DNA of 64,000 nt from Candidatus Bathyarchaeia archaeon (GTDB lineage Archaea; Thermoproteota; Bathyarchaeia; Bathyarchaeales; Bathycorpusculaceae). The translations under genes were made by a program, and so were the position numbers. Below the pieces are notes generated by a model, which did no database searches, had not been told where the DNA came from, and was given only the letters and a program-made list of their open reading frames with translations. Where the stretch lies: NCBI GenBank assembly GCA_050010515.1, contig JBEKKX010000007.1:1-64000 (forward strand), written 5' to 3'. Positions 20,157 through 28,229 of this stretch are shown here, in pieces. Position 1 is the first letter of the stretch, and each line of letters begins with the position of its first letter.

Positions 20157-20918
20157 TTGGCTTACTCAATTATTCGACAGAATTTTCGGTATGGAATTTT
20201 ACTAAGAAAGCATGTAAGCGACAAAACCCTATTAAGTCCAAACATATTATATTGTAAAACTATCATACTTGCCTACAAGGCGAGACTGTTGATAGACGCA
20301 AAAATTAAAGAACTTCTGGGTTTTGATATCGATACTCCGGACAAAAAAGTTTTAGCTGCTTGGAAGGCTGCTTCATCGCGGGTATGCAAACCTTGTTGGG
20401 AACTCAAATATTGCCCATACGGACCCTTTGTTGAGGAGTCGCCATTGCTACCTCCATTACGCGAGGAAATGGTTAAAGAGATTAAGTATCTAAAAAATTG
20501 TCTCAAAACAGGTAAAATGGCTGATGGAAAGCCCTTAGATGTAAAGCGCAAAAAAATCTTCCAAGACGAGATAGATGGATTCAAACCTGAGGATTACCCA
20601 GAAAAAATTCCACAAGAAATTTTAGAATCAAGCTGCAACGTCTTTGGTCATATATGTCCTGTAGTATTTGTTGCTGAGGGATTCACTGAAACTTCTGAAA
20701 ATCGTAGAACTGGAAGATACATACCTTTTAAGGTAAAAATGCGTGTAGCTCGAAGGGATAATTATGTTTGCCAAGAATGTAAACACCAGCTTTTAGATGA
20801 CGAATTAGAATTTGACCATATAATACCTGTTTCAAAGGGAGGCAGTTCAGAGGAACACAATATTCGATTGACCTGCTATGACTGTAACCGAGACAAATTG
20901 GACAGAGTAGACCTCTAA
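20157..20918 (+). CDS. HNH endonuclease with Cys-rich N-terminal domain
   Basis: CQEC...EFDHIIPVSKGG...HNIRLTCYDCN; N-terminal CKPCWELKYCPYG and CNVFGHICP. The real start may be TTG at 20289. Confidence 0.9.
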   Translation: MAYSIIRQNFRYGILLRKHVSDKTLLSPNILYCKTIILAYKARLLIDAKIKELLGFDIDTPDKKVLAAWKAASSRVCKPCWELKYCPYGPFVEESPLLPPLREEMVKEIKYLKNCLKTGKMADGKPLDVKRKKIFQDEIDGFKPEDYPEKIPQEILESSCNVFGHICPVVFVAEGFTETSENRRTGRYIPFKVKMRVARRDNYVCQECKHQLLDDELEFDHIIPVSKGGSSEEHNIRLTCYDCNRDKLDRVDL

Positions 20919-21000
20919 CCGAACTTAATCACTTAGAAACACTCTTCTCAATCAATCTTGAGTTAATATCTTAAAGCCTCTAAAGGCATAGTTTGCTCTA

Positions 21001-21214
21001 CACGGCGTTTGAAGGCCGTAACGGGCACGTCAAGTTTAAGCACCGTGTCATAATACATTAAAGGGCGAAACGTGCGTCTGCAGTTTGTCTGGATAACGGT
21101 GGTACGCTTCCTCACGGTGTTCAATCGCCGTAAAAGCAGCTTTATTTGGGCTCTGATTGGCATTAACCTTCAAGCAGACGGCGCTATGCTTCTGCGCGGT
21201 GTTCGATCACCGTG
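21001..21214. repeat. palindrome cluster 3
   Basis: Copies at 21001 (degenerate), 21113 (TTCAAT) and 21195 (TTCGAT), plus a half-site CACCGTG at 21041. Confidence 0.85.
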
Positions 21215-21332
21215 GAATTGTGCAAGGTAAGCTATTAGCTTAGGCTTGCTTTGAACGTGACCTGACCAAATAATCGGCATACTTGCCATAAAACTTGTCC
21301 GCCTGTCAGCTGATCACTGCACTAAGATTATC

Positions 21333-21378
21333 TGTGTACACACAGTTTACACAAAAAACTTATATGTGTAAACACAGT
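21333..21378 (+). promoter_or_regulatory. TATA box flanked by operator-like repeats
   Basis: TGTGTACACACAGT (21333) and TGTGTAAACACAGT (21365) surround AAAAA-CTTATAT, upstream of the RHH gene. Confidence 0.65.
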
Positions 21379-21406
21379 ACACACATATTCAGAGAAGCGA
21401 TTGCTA

Positions 21407-21859
21407 ATGCCAAAAAACATTACACTCTCAATGCCCGATGACGTGGCTGCGGATATGGAAGCCATGCCTGAAGTAAATTGGTCAGCTGTAGCGAAGGGAA
21501 GCATTAAGACGTACATTGAAGCTCGGAAAAAACCCGATATCACACCATTAATTGAAAACCTTCTGCGACAGAAAACCGAAGAATACGTTAACGGAAGAAA
21601 AAAGGCAGACGAGATCGCTGAAAAGTCAGGATATCGATTCGTAGACATAATCGTACGCAAATGCTTTACAAAATCTTCAGAGATCCACGACATGGAAGAA
21701 CAAAACTACCCACCATGGGAAATACCAGATCTTGATCAAGAATTTGAAAAAATACTACTCGACCTCAAGGTAATCACAACGGAAGCTTCAGGAGAGTTCT
21801 TAAAAGGCATTAGGGAGCGATTAATCGAGATATATCACGTGCTCAACCAGCAAGAATAA
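21407..21859 (+). CDS. ribbon-helix-helix (CopG/VapB-antitoxin-like) protein
   Basis: MPKNITLSMPDDV...EVNWSAVA...I RHH pattern. Confidence 0.75.
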   Translation: MPKNITLSMPDDVAADMEAMPEVNWSAVAKGSIKTYIEARKKPDITPLIENLLRQKTEEYVNGRKKADEIAEKSGYRFVDIIVRKCFTKSSEIHDMEEQNYPPWEIPDLDQEFEKILLDLKVITTEASGEFLKGIRERLIEIYHVLNQQE

Positions 21860-21860
21860 T

Positions 21861-21940
21861 GGATGGATAGCTTAGCACGGACTTAAAGCACCCGCCCGCT
21901 AAGCGGAAGACCGTGGGTTCAAATCCCACCCCATCCACCA
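21861..21940 (+). tRNA. element-encoded atypical tRNA, anticodon GCT, short variable loop, CCA encoded
   Basis: GGATGGA-TA-GCTT-AGCACGGACTTA-AAGC-A-CCCGC-CCGCTAA-GCGGA-AGACC-GTGGG-TTCAAAT-CCCAC-CCCATCC-A-CCA. Confidence 0.75.
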
Positions 21941-21964
21941 ATTTAATACTATTAGTCTGTTTAA

Positions 21965-22903
21965 TTAATAAGTTTTTGATCCAGTCTCTGGAACTGGAGG
22001 CTTATTTGTAGTGGTATCCGATTGCATTTTCAGCCTTAAGCTTGTTAAGTACTCAGTATATTTACCGTAGAACTTATCCGCTTGTCGCCTTAGCACCATA
22101 TAATGCTTTGCACCTATGCGCTTTGGCACCCTGCCTTCAATAAAGTCTGCAACGCTTTCTGGAACCTCAAGCTCAACCATCTTGTCAAAGGCGAACTTGC
22201 GCAGATATTTGGGTGCAATCGCCTTATGCTTCCTGCAGCGATGTGCCGCTGTTCCGGGTCTAAACGCTTTTTCTGAGACTTGGCTCAACAGCTTAAAGGT
22301 GTACTCGGTAAAGTATCCGTAGAACGCTTGCTTGTTGCCCCTAAAAGCTCCAATCTCAACGCGGTAAAATCCATTAACCGTCGCAACCTTGTCAGCCTCA
22401 AATTCGCTTATCACCTTAAGCGCCTCGACTAAACGCAACCCGGAGTCAACCAGAAGGTTATACAGAGCCCAATACTTTAGGGTCGCATTTTTGATTGAGC
22501 TTAGGGAGCGTACAATCTCTGGCTCGTCTGGAACTTTAAGGTCTATTCCGGTGCAATTAGCTTTAGGCAGCGATTTTCTGAGAATGTTGACTACCCAGTC
22601 ATCATATCCGAGCGCTTCCAAATAATTAAAGAGAACTCGGAAGCCAAGCCAAAGGTTACGCCTACCTTTCTTAACCTTACTGAAGATACCAATAACATCT
22701 TGGGGATAATTTATCACCTTAAAGTGCCAGTCAAGATAGCGAAGAATATCAGTGATGTAGGTTGAGCTATAGCTTTGAGAATCCAAATATTGCCTAAAGC
22801 CCTGTCGCAAATCAGCCCAAATCAAGCTTATTTTTAAATTCTGAGCGCTTTTGACGCCTGCGGAGCCGGAGGTCCTGGGTTCAAATCCCAGCGGGCCCGC
22901 CAT
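21965..22903 (-). CDS. Int(C): catalytic fragment of SSV1-type tyrosine integrase
   Basis: DSGLRLVE (R), PKYLRK (K-x-x-R), IEGR and AKHY (catalytic Y); begins in attR. Confidence 0.93.
   Translation of the reverse strand: MAGPLGFEPRTSGSAGVKSAQNLKISLIWADLRQGFRQYLDSQSYSSTYITDILRYLDWHFKVINYPQDVIGIFSKVKKGRRNLWLGFRVLFNYLEALGYDDWVVNILRKSLPKANCTGIDLKVPDEPEIVRSLSSIKNATLKYWALYNLLVDSGLRLVEALKVISEFEADKVATVNGFYRVEIGAFRGNKQAFYGYFTEYTFKLLSQVSEKAFRPGTAAHRCRKHKAIAPKYLRKFAFDKMVELEVPESVADFIEGRVPKRIGAKHYMVLRRQADKFYGKYTEYLTSLRLKMQSDTTTNKPPVPETGSKTY
22856..22899 (+). repeat. attR: 44-bp copy of tRNA-Arg 3' half, followed by CCA
   Basis: Exact match to 17280-17323. Confidence 0.95.
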
Positions 22904-23002
22904 CTTCCCATAAAAAACTAATTTTTTCAGGGATTCAATTAAAAAGTAATTTAGCCTTTTTGAGCGCTAAAATTAAAATGTTAAAGAAACGGTTAAGGGT
23001 TT

Positions 23003-23680
23003 TTATTCTCTGCTTGAGAGTATCAGGATGTAGTCTGCTGTGTCTGCGCACATGTCTGATGCTTGCTCGATGAATTCTATCAGGTCGTCGAATATTACCA
23101 TGGCTCCGCAGTTTATGTTTGCGCCGTATTTCACGAATAAGCTTTTAGTTTTAAGGTATTCAACGTCTATTGCGTGTTCTATTTCGCCGACTTTTTTTGC
23201 TTCATTTATGGCTTCTGTTGGGTTTGATGAGATTTTTTCTATGCTGTTTCTTAATGTCTGTGCTGTTTCCACAAGTTTTCCAGTCATGAAAACGGTTTTT
23301 TCGCATAGCTCTTGTGGGATTTCAGCCTCAGAGAGCATTTCAAGGCATCTTGCAGCATCTTTAGTGTGGTCTGCCAGTGTATCTAACCGTTTAACAAGGT
23401 GTAAGAGGTCTTCGCGGTAATCGGCTACAAGAGCTGCACCCTTGGATAACTCCATGAAGACGTCTGTTCGAAGCTGGTCAACGCCTTCCTCAGTTTTATA
23501 TAAGTTTTCAATATACTTTTGTGCTTCTTTAAAGTTTTTTTCTGAAAAGCTTTTGGTTGCTTTATGCAACCATGTTACAGTATCAAAAGCCTTTGTTATT
23601 TGATCATGAGCAAGTTCTAATCCTCTGGTTTTACGGCGCTGCTCAAACCAATCGTAACTTTTTTTTTCCACTCTCATCAC
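23003..23680 (-). CDS. DUF47 / PhoU-like phosphate transport regulator
   Basis: E..D-RTD, REDL..LD.LAD and E...D.CADTAD helical repeats. Confidence 0.85.
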   Translation of the reverse strand: MMRVEKKSYDWFEQRRKTRGLELAHDQITKAFDTVTWLHKATKSFSEKNFKEAQKYIENLYKTEEGVDQLRTDVFMELSKGAALVADYREDLLHLVKRLDTLADHTKDAARCLEMLSEAEIPQELCEKTVFMTGKLVETAQTLRNSIEKISSNPTEAINEAKKVGEIEHAIDVEYLKTKSLFVKYGANINCGAMVIFDDLIEFIEQASDMCADTADYILILSSRE

Positions 23681-23798
23681 TACTGTTACATTATTGAATG
23701 GGTTTCAGATATAACCCTTCTCTTAATACCGCATCCAAAGATAACTTTAACATACTTGTCTTTTCTTGCGAAATGCTTACTTTTTAGGGATGTCACGC

Positions 23799-23885
23799 TT
23801 AGCATGCATCAATCGCCAAGAGCCAATCCACAAGATCACTCTTTTTAGCTTGTGATTGCCTTTTGCTGCCTGCTTTTCCCTTCAC
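23799..23885 (-). CDS. putative 28-aa microprotein
   Basis: GTG start preceded by a GAGGGGGT SD-like sequence; MKGKAGSKRQSQAKKSDLVDWLLAIDAC. Confidence 0.35.
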   Translation of the reverse strand: MKGKAGSKRQSQAKKSDLVDWLLAIDAC

Positions 23886-23927
23886 ATTTTACCCCCTCAA
23901 TCAACTATTAAGACGCTTAACCATGCA

Positions 23928-23999
23928 TTACACATGGATGAAGTACCATGGCGCTTCGAGTTCTGTGCATCGTTTTTTTGCTTTCTTCTTCTGCTGCAT
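23928..23999 (-). CDS. putative 23-aa microprotein
   Basis: MQQKKKAKKRCTELEAPWYFIHV, with a TATA-rich region upstream. Confidence 0.3.
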   Translation of the reverse strand: MQQKKKAKKRCTELEAPWYFIHV

Positions 24000-24093
24000 G
24001 GCACTCTTATGTAGTCAATCTTTTTTTGCCTTATTTATGCTATCCAAATAGTATATAGAGAGTAACCTAGTCTATATATTGCAGACTTTTATG

Positions 24094-25020
24094 TTAGTCT
24101 TCCAGAACAGTCTTCGCCAACCGCACTTTATCTTCTAAACTCTTCATCACGGTATCTGTCACTTTCACCTTGATTCCAAGCTGTTCTATCTGGTTCTTCT
24201 CCCCAGCATCCTTAATGTCAATCACAAAAGTATCAAGAAAATCCGCATAAAGCTTAGCAACAGAAAACGCTGAAACCTCAAAACCTAAACCACGCAGCAG
24301 TTTATCTGCAGGACCCTTAATCGGAGCACCAGCAACTATTGGACTAACCCCGACAACTTTGGCACTTGTCCTCTTCAATGCGTCTCTTATTCCATCAACC
24401 GAGAGAATGGTGCCAATGCTAACCACCGGATTGCTTGGACAAAGAACAACCATTTCCGCATCAACAATTGAATCTACAGCTTTAGGCGAAGGTTTCGCGT
24501 GAGCAGCGCCAGCAGCGCCAACAAATTCTACACCTAAAACCTTATCCTTGGCTTGTCTTTTAACAAAATATTCTTCGAAATGAACTAACCCTTCCTCGAT
24601 TTTTATCCAAGTCTCAAACTTATCATCCGTCATTGGCAAAATGGTAACCTTAAGCCCTAAGGCATGGCAAATCTCGTCGGTCACCTGCGAGAGCGTGAAA
24701 CCTTTGTTTAACAAATTCGTCCGAAAAATATGAGTTGCAAAATCCTTATCACCCAAACTAAACCATGTTTCTAAGCCCAATTTTTTGATCATTTCGAGAC
24801 ACTGAAACGTGTCGCCTTTTATTCCCCAACCTTTTTCCTCGTCAACGATACCTGCTAAAGTGTACGCTACAATGTCGATGTCCGGCGAAATGTGCAAACC
24901 GAACATTTCAATGTCGTCGCCAGTATTCACAATTACCGATAAATCTTCCTCTTTAACAAGTCTCGTTAAGCCAGTGAGAAATCTGGCGGCGCCAACCCCA
25001 CCTGCTAAAGCCGTAATCAT
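24094..25020 (-). CDS. cofD: 2-phospho-L-lactate transferase (F420 biosynthesis)
   Basis: LAGGVGAARF, NTGDD, SPDID, PSNPVVSI, GPADK. Confidence 0.93.
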   Translation of the reverse strand: MITALAGGVGAARFLTGLTRLVKEEDLSVIVNTGDDIEMFGLHISPDIDIVAYTLAGIVDEEKGWGIKGDTFQCLEMIKKLGLETWFSLGDKDFATHIFRTNLLNKGFTLSQVTDEICHALGLKVTILPMTDDKFETWIKIEEGLVHFEEYFVKRQAKDKVLGVEFVGAAGAAHAKPSPKAVDSIVDAEMVVLCPSNPVVSIGTILSVDGIRDALKRTSAKVVGVSPIVAGAPIKGPADKLLRGLGFEVSAFSVAKLYADFLDTFVIDIKDAGEKNQIEQLGIKVKVTDTVMKSLEDKVRLAKTVLED

Positions 25021-25039
25021 AAACTTTCATACCATCGAG

Positions 25040-25504
25040 TTAATGGTTGTGTTTTTCTGAAACCCAATATTCAACGGCAGAACCTTTTGCATCAACGATG
25101 CGTTCTTTTTTGAAAACCGGTGCTTCGCTTTTGTACCTTTCTACAGCTTCTCGCAGGACTGGAAAAATATCTGTTCGGTGAGAACCAGCAACTGCAACAT
25201 AAACTAAATCGTCTCCAACATTGAATTCGCCGAGTAAATGGTGAATTTGAACGTTAACTATTCCTGGCTTTTGGGATAAATCATTACATATTTTGCCTAA
25301 GACTTGATTGGCTTTTTCTTCATAAGCTTCAAGTTGGAGTTTTTCAACTTTTTGCCCCTTGAAAGTTTCCCCTCGAACTACACCTATAAAAAGCCCTATC
25401 GCCCCAGCTTTGTGGTAATTGGGGTCTTTTTTAATGTTGTCGATAGTGTCTTGAACCGTAAAGGTTCCCTTTTCATGAACTCCCGCCTTTGCCGACAAAT
25501 ACAA
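25040..25504 (-). CDS. moaE: molybdopterin synthase catalytic subunit
   Basis: GAIGLFIGVVR, LEAYE, GSHR, PVFKKE. Confidence 0.9.
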   Translation of the reverse strand: MYLSAKAGVHEKGTFTVQDTIDNIKKDPNYHKAGAIGLFIGVVRGETFKGQKVEKLQLEAYEEKANQVLGKICNDLSQKPGIVNVQIHHLLGEFNVGDDLVYVAVAGSHRTDIFPVLREAVERYKSEAPVFKKERIVDAKGSAVEYWVSEKHNH

Positions 25505-25596
25505 TGCACCCTTAAAGTTTCATTAAAGAAATTTTTAGATTATCGTTTCTAAAGTATTTTGCCCTAAAAAAGAAGAATTTGAAAATAAAGAATGGG

Positions 25597-26235
25597 TTAT
25601 GCTTCAGCTTGAACTACTGGAGCTGCTTGGGCTTCTTGCGTTTGCGCCTGCGCTTGTGGCTGCGCTATTAGTTTGGATTTTCTTATGCCAACATGTCTTA
25701 ATGGCGCCACTTCTTTAGCTTGGTTGTAGATGTCTGAAGCAATTTTGCCGAGAACCATTTCTTGAACGAACTGATCAAGCGATAACGCAATGGCTTTTTC
25801 GTGGATTGTTTTCTCCATTATTTTGCGGATTATCTTTTCTTGAGACGTTTTTATTCTTGAAAGCGTCAGCGCTGAAACTGCAATTCTAAGCTTGAATCCG
25901 TCTTTTGTGGTTAGGTTGATTAATGCATCAACTTTTGTTGTTCTTCTTCTAACCAAGCTTCGAAGGTAATCTCGCGAGTACTCATGGCCTTTAAAGAGCG
26001 TTTTGGCGGTTTTTCCGTCAACCTCGTTTATTTGGAAAAACATTTTCAGGTAATGGTGGGAAAAGTCGCTTGTTATATCATATAAGGTTGTTTCAACAAC
26101 TCTGCCGATTAGTTGTTCCGGTTCTTGCGCTGGTATGGAACCTAACTCATAGTTGCCAAAGAAGGACGGCGCAACAACCATGTACCATCCCTTTCCACGC
26201 CACTTATCACGTATATGTTTTGTTTTTGAAGACAA
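25597..26235 (-). CDS. rps3ae: 30S ribosomal protein S3Ae
   Basis: DKWRGKGWY, RDYLRSLVRR, IRKSKL. Confidence 0.95.
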   Translation of the reverse strand: MSSKTKHIRDKWRGKGWYMVVAPSFFGNYELGSIPAQEPEQLIGRVVETTLYDITSDFSHHYLKMFFQINEVDGKTAKTLFKGHEYSRDYLRSLVRRRTTKVDALINLTTKDGFKLRIAVSALTLSRIKTSQEKIIRKIMEKTIHEKAIALSLDQFVQEMVLGKIASDIYNQAKEVAPLRHVGIRKSKLIAQPQAQAQTQEAQAAPVVQAEA

Positions 26236-26285
26236 ATTTATTTCTCCAAGCGTGCCTCAACATTCTCAAGGAAATATTAAAAGGT

Positions 26286-27575
26286 TTAGCGTTTTTTGTC
26301 AATTTTTTCTTTGTTGCCCATGTATTTTTTCAAAGCACTTGGTATGTTAATTGTGCCGTCTGCTTGCTGATTGTTTTCTAGTATGGCAACTATAGTTCTG
26401 CCTGAAGCTACGGCTGTCGAGTTTAATGTATGAACAAATCCTTTCGGCGGTGCGCCCTCCTTTTCCCTGTAACGAATGCCTAAACGCCTTCCTTGATAAT
26501 CAGTACAGTTGCTGCACGAAACAACTTCGCGGTACCCATTTTGCGCTGGCATCCAAGCTTCAATATCGTATTTTTTAGCTGCTACGGTTCCAATGTCGCC
26601 TGTGCAAACGTTGACAACACGGTATGGCAATTCAAGCTTTTGAAGCAGTTCCTCAGCGTTCTGCAGCAGTTCCTCATGTAGCTTAGTTGAGTCTTCTGGC
26701 TTGCAAAAGATGAATTGTTCGATTTTGTTGAATTGGTGGGTTCGGAATATTCCTCTTGTGTCTTTGCCGTGTGCGCCCGCCTCTTTTCTAAAGCATGTGC
26801 TTATTCCAGCAAGTTTTAGCGGCATGTCCTGTTCTTTTAACACTTCGTTCATGTACATTGCAGCCATAGGATGCTCAGAAGTGGCGATTAAGTATAGGTC
26901 TTCGTTTTCCACTTTATAGAGAACATCAGCAAAGTCTCCAAGTGCCGTTACGCCTTCATATGCTTCACGCTTCATCAAATACGGCGGAATGATCGGCGTG
27001 TAGCCCTTTTTTGTTAGTTCCTCTATAGCGAAGCTCATCAGCGCCATGTCTAATTGTGCGACTTGGTTTTTTAGGTAGAAGAATCTTGCGCCAGATATTT
27101 TTCCAGCTCTTTCCATGTCAATCTGGTCTAATTCTAAGGCTAAGTCGATATGATTTTTTATTGGAAAATTAAATTTTGGGATTGTTCCCCAAGTTTTTAC
27201 TTGCACATTGTCGTTAGAGTCTTTTCCAAGTGGAACACTTTCATCCAGCAGGTTCGGAAGCTGCATGAGGTAGTCATGGGTTTTCTGTTCTTGTTGGGTT
27301 ACTTGCTTTTCGATGTGGGTTATTTTTTCATCGATATCCTGTGCCCTCTCGACTTCGCTGTCGGCTTCCTTGCCAGCTTTTTTTAGTTTGGCGATTTCTA
27401 TGGTTACCTGCTTTCGGTTGTGACGCAGCTCGTTTAGTTTAGTGAGGTTAAATCGCCATTCCTTGTCAACAGCAATTAAATCCTCTAGCATTTGGGTGGT
27501 TTCAGGGTTGCCACGCTTTTCCAAATTATTTTTTACTAGCTCGGGGTTTTCACGGATAAGCTTGATATCTAACAT
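26286..27575 (-). CDS. serS: serine--tRNA ligase
   Basis: MLDIKLIRE, LIATSE, FRKEAG, HQFNKIE, HTLNST. Confidence 0.96.
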   Translation of the reverse strand: MLDIKLIRENPELVKNNLEKRGNPETTQMLEDLIAVDKEWRFNLTKLNELRHNRKQVTIEIAKLKKAGKEADSEVERAQDIDEKITHIEKQVTQQEQKTHDYLMQLPNLLDESVPLGKDSNDNVQVKTWGTIPKFNFPIKNHIDLALELDQIDMERAGKISGARFFYLKNQVAQLDMALMSFAIEELTKKGYTPIIPPYLMKREAYEGVTALGDFADVLYKVENEDLYLIATSEHPMAAMYMNEVLKEQDMPLKLAGISTCFRKEAGAHGKDTRGIFRTHQFNKIEQFIFCKPEDSTKLHEELLQNAEELLQKLELPYRVVNVCTGDIGTVAAKKYDIEAWMPAQNGYREVVSCSNCTDYQGRRLGIRYREKEGAPPKGFVHTLNSTAVASGRTIVAILENNQQADGTINIPSALKKYMGNKEKIDKKR

Positions 27576-27752
27576 TGTTCTCACACGGAGTAATTCTCTA
27601 ACTAACAAAATTAGCTATTTAACTTTGCGATACGGTAGCGGGTGCCTAAGTGCTAGTAGAATACGTAAAGATATAAAATTTCCGCGAGAATTTATTTAAA
27701 AAATAAAAGAAGGTTTGAAGTGGTTTCTTGGTTTTGTTGGTTGTGTCCAGTT

Positions 27753-28040
27753 TTACTTTTTGCTTAGCGTTATCTCCATCGTCGAAACCATTCTGGACTT
27801 ATTCTCTCCCTCACGTGGTGGCATCTCAGCCGTTCCAATAGCGATTTTGGCAACTTTGAGCTCTTTAATGAACCTGTTTCTTGTTATCTCAGCGACATCA
27901 ACAGCGGTAGTTATGGCTTGGCCTCGAGCTTTCAAAGTGACTTCTTTCATGGTTCCTGAGGAGAAGCTTGTTATGATTGCCAGAACATAGTTCATTGGAG
28001 GTTTATTCCCGACGAAGATAACGTCTGAATTTTCAGTCAT
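27753..28040 (-). CDS. albA: DNA/RNA-binding protein Alba
   Basis: IFVGNKPPMNYVLA and LKARGQAITTAVDVAE. Confidence 0.95.
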   Translation of the reverse strand: MTENSDVIFVGNKPPMNYVLAIITSFSSGTMKEVTLKARGQAITTAVDVAEITRNRFIKELKVAKIAIGTAEMPPREGENKSRMVSTMEITLSKK

Positions 28041-28229
28041 TTTCTTTACTCCTTTTGTGTTTGCTTTGTGTAACGTCACTGTTACTTGCGTTTGACTAGT
28101 AACGGAAACGTTACTGCCCCACTAATACGAGTTCTTCCTAATAAGTCCATTGAAAAACCGTCTATATGAAAAATTGTTCAACATTTGATGGCAACCTAAC
28201 TGGAAAGGCTTTTTTACACCCGACCCATA

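Larger units (their letters stand above)
17280..22899. mobile_element. integrated SSV-type-integrase element (5576 bp when excised)
   Basis: 44-bp direct repeats at 17280-17323 and 22856-22899 (tRNA 3' half), with integrase halves at the two ends. Confidence 0.93.

Noticed and set aside
17676-21214. Palindrome clusters as CRISPR mini-arrays
   Set aside because: Spacing is irregular (about 47, 62, 58 and 82 bp), there are only 2-3 copies per cluster, orientation is mixed and there are no cas genes.
21891-21907. Odd tRNA as an amber suppressor or tRNA-Pyl (CTA in the loop)
   Set aside because: Canonical stem placement centres GCT, leaving CTA off-register. The body lacks tRNA-Pyl features and there are no pyl genes here.
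17280-22899. Element as a complete provirus
   Set aside because: No recognisable capsid, packaging ATPase or replication gene within 5.6 kb.
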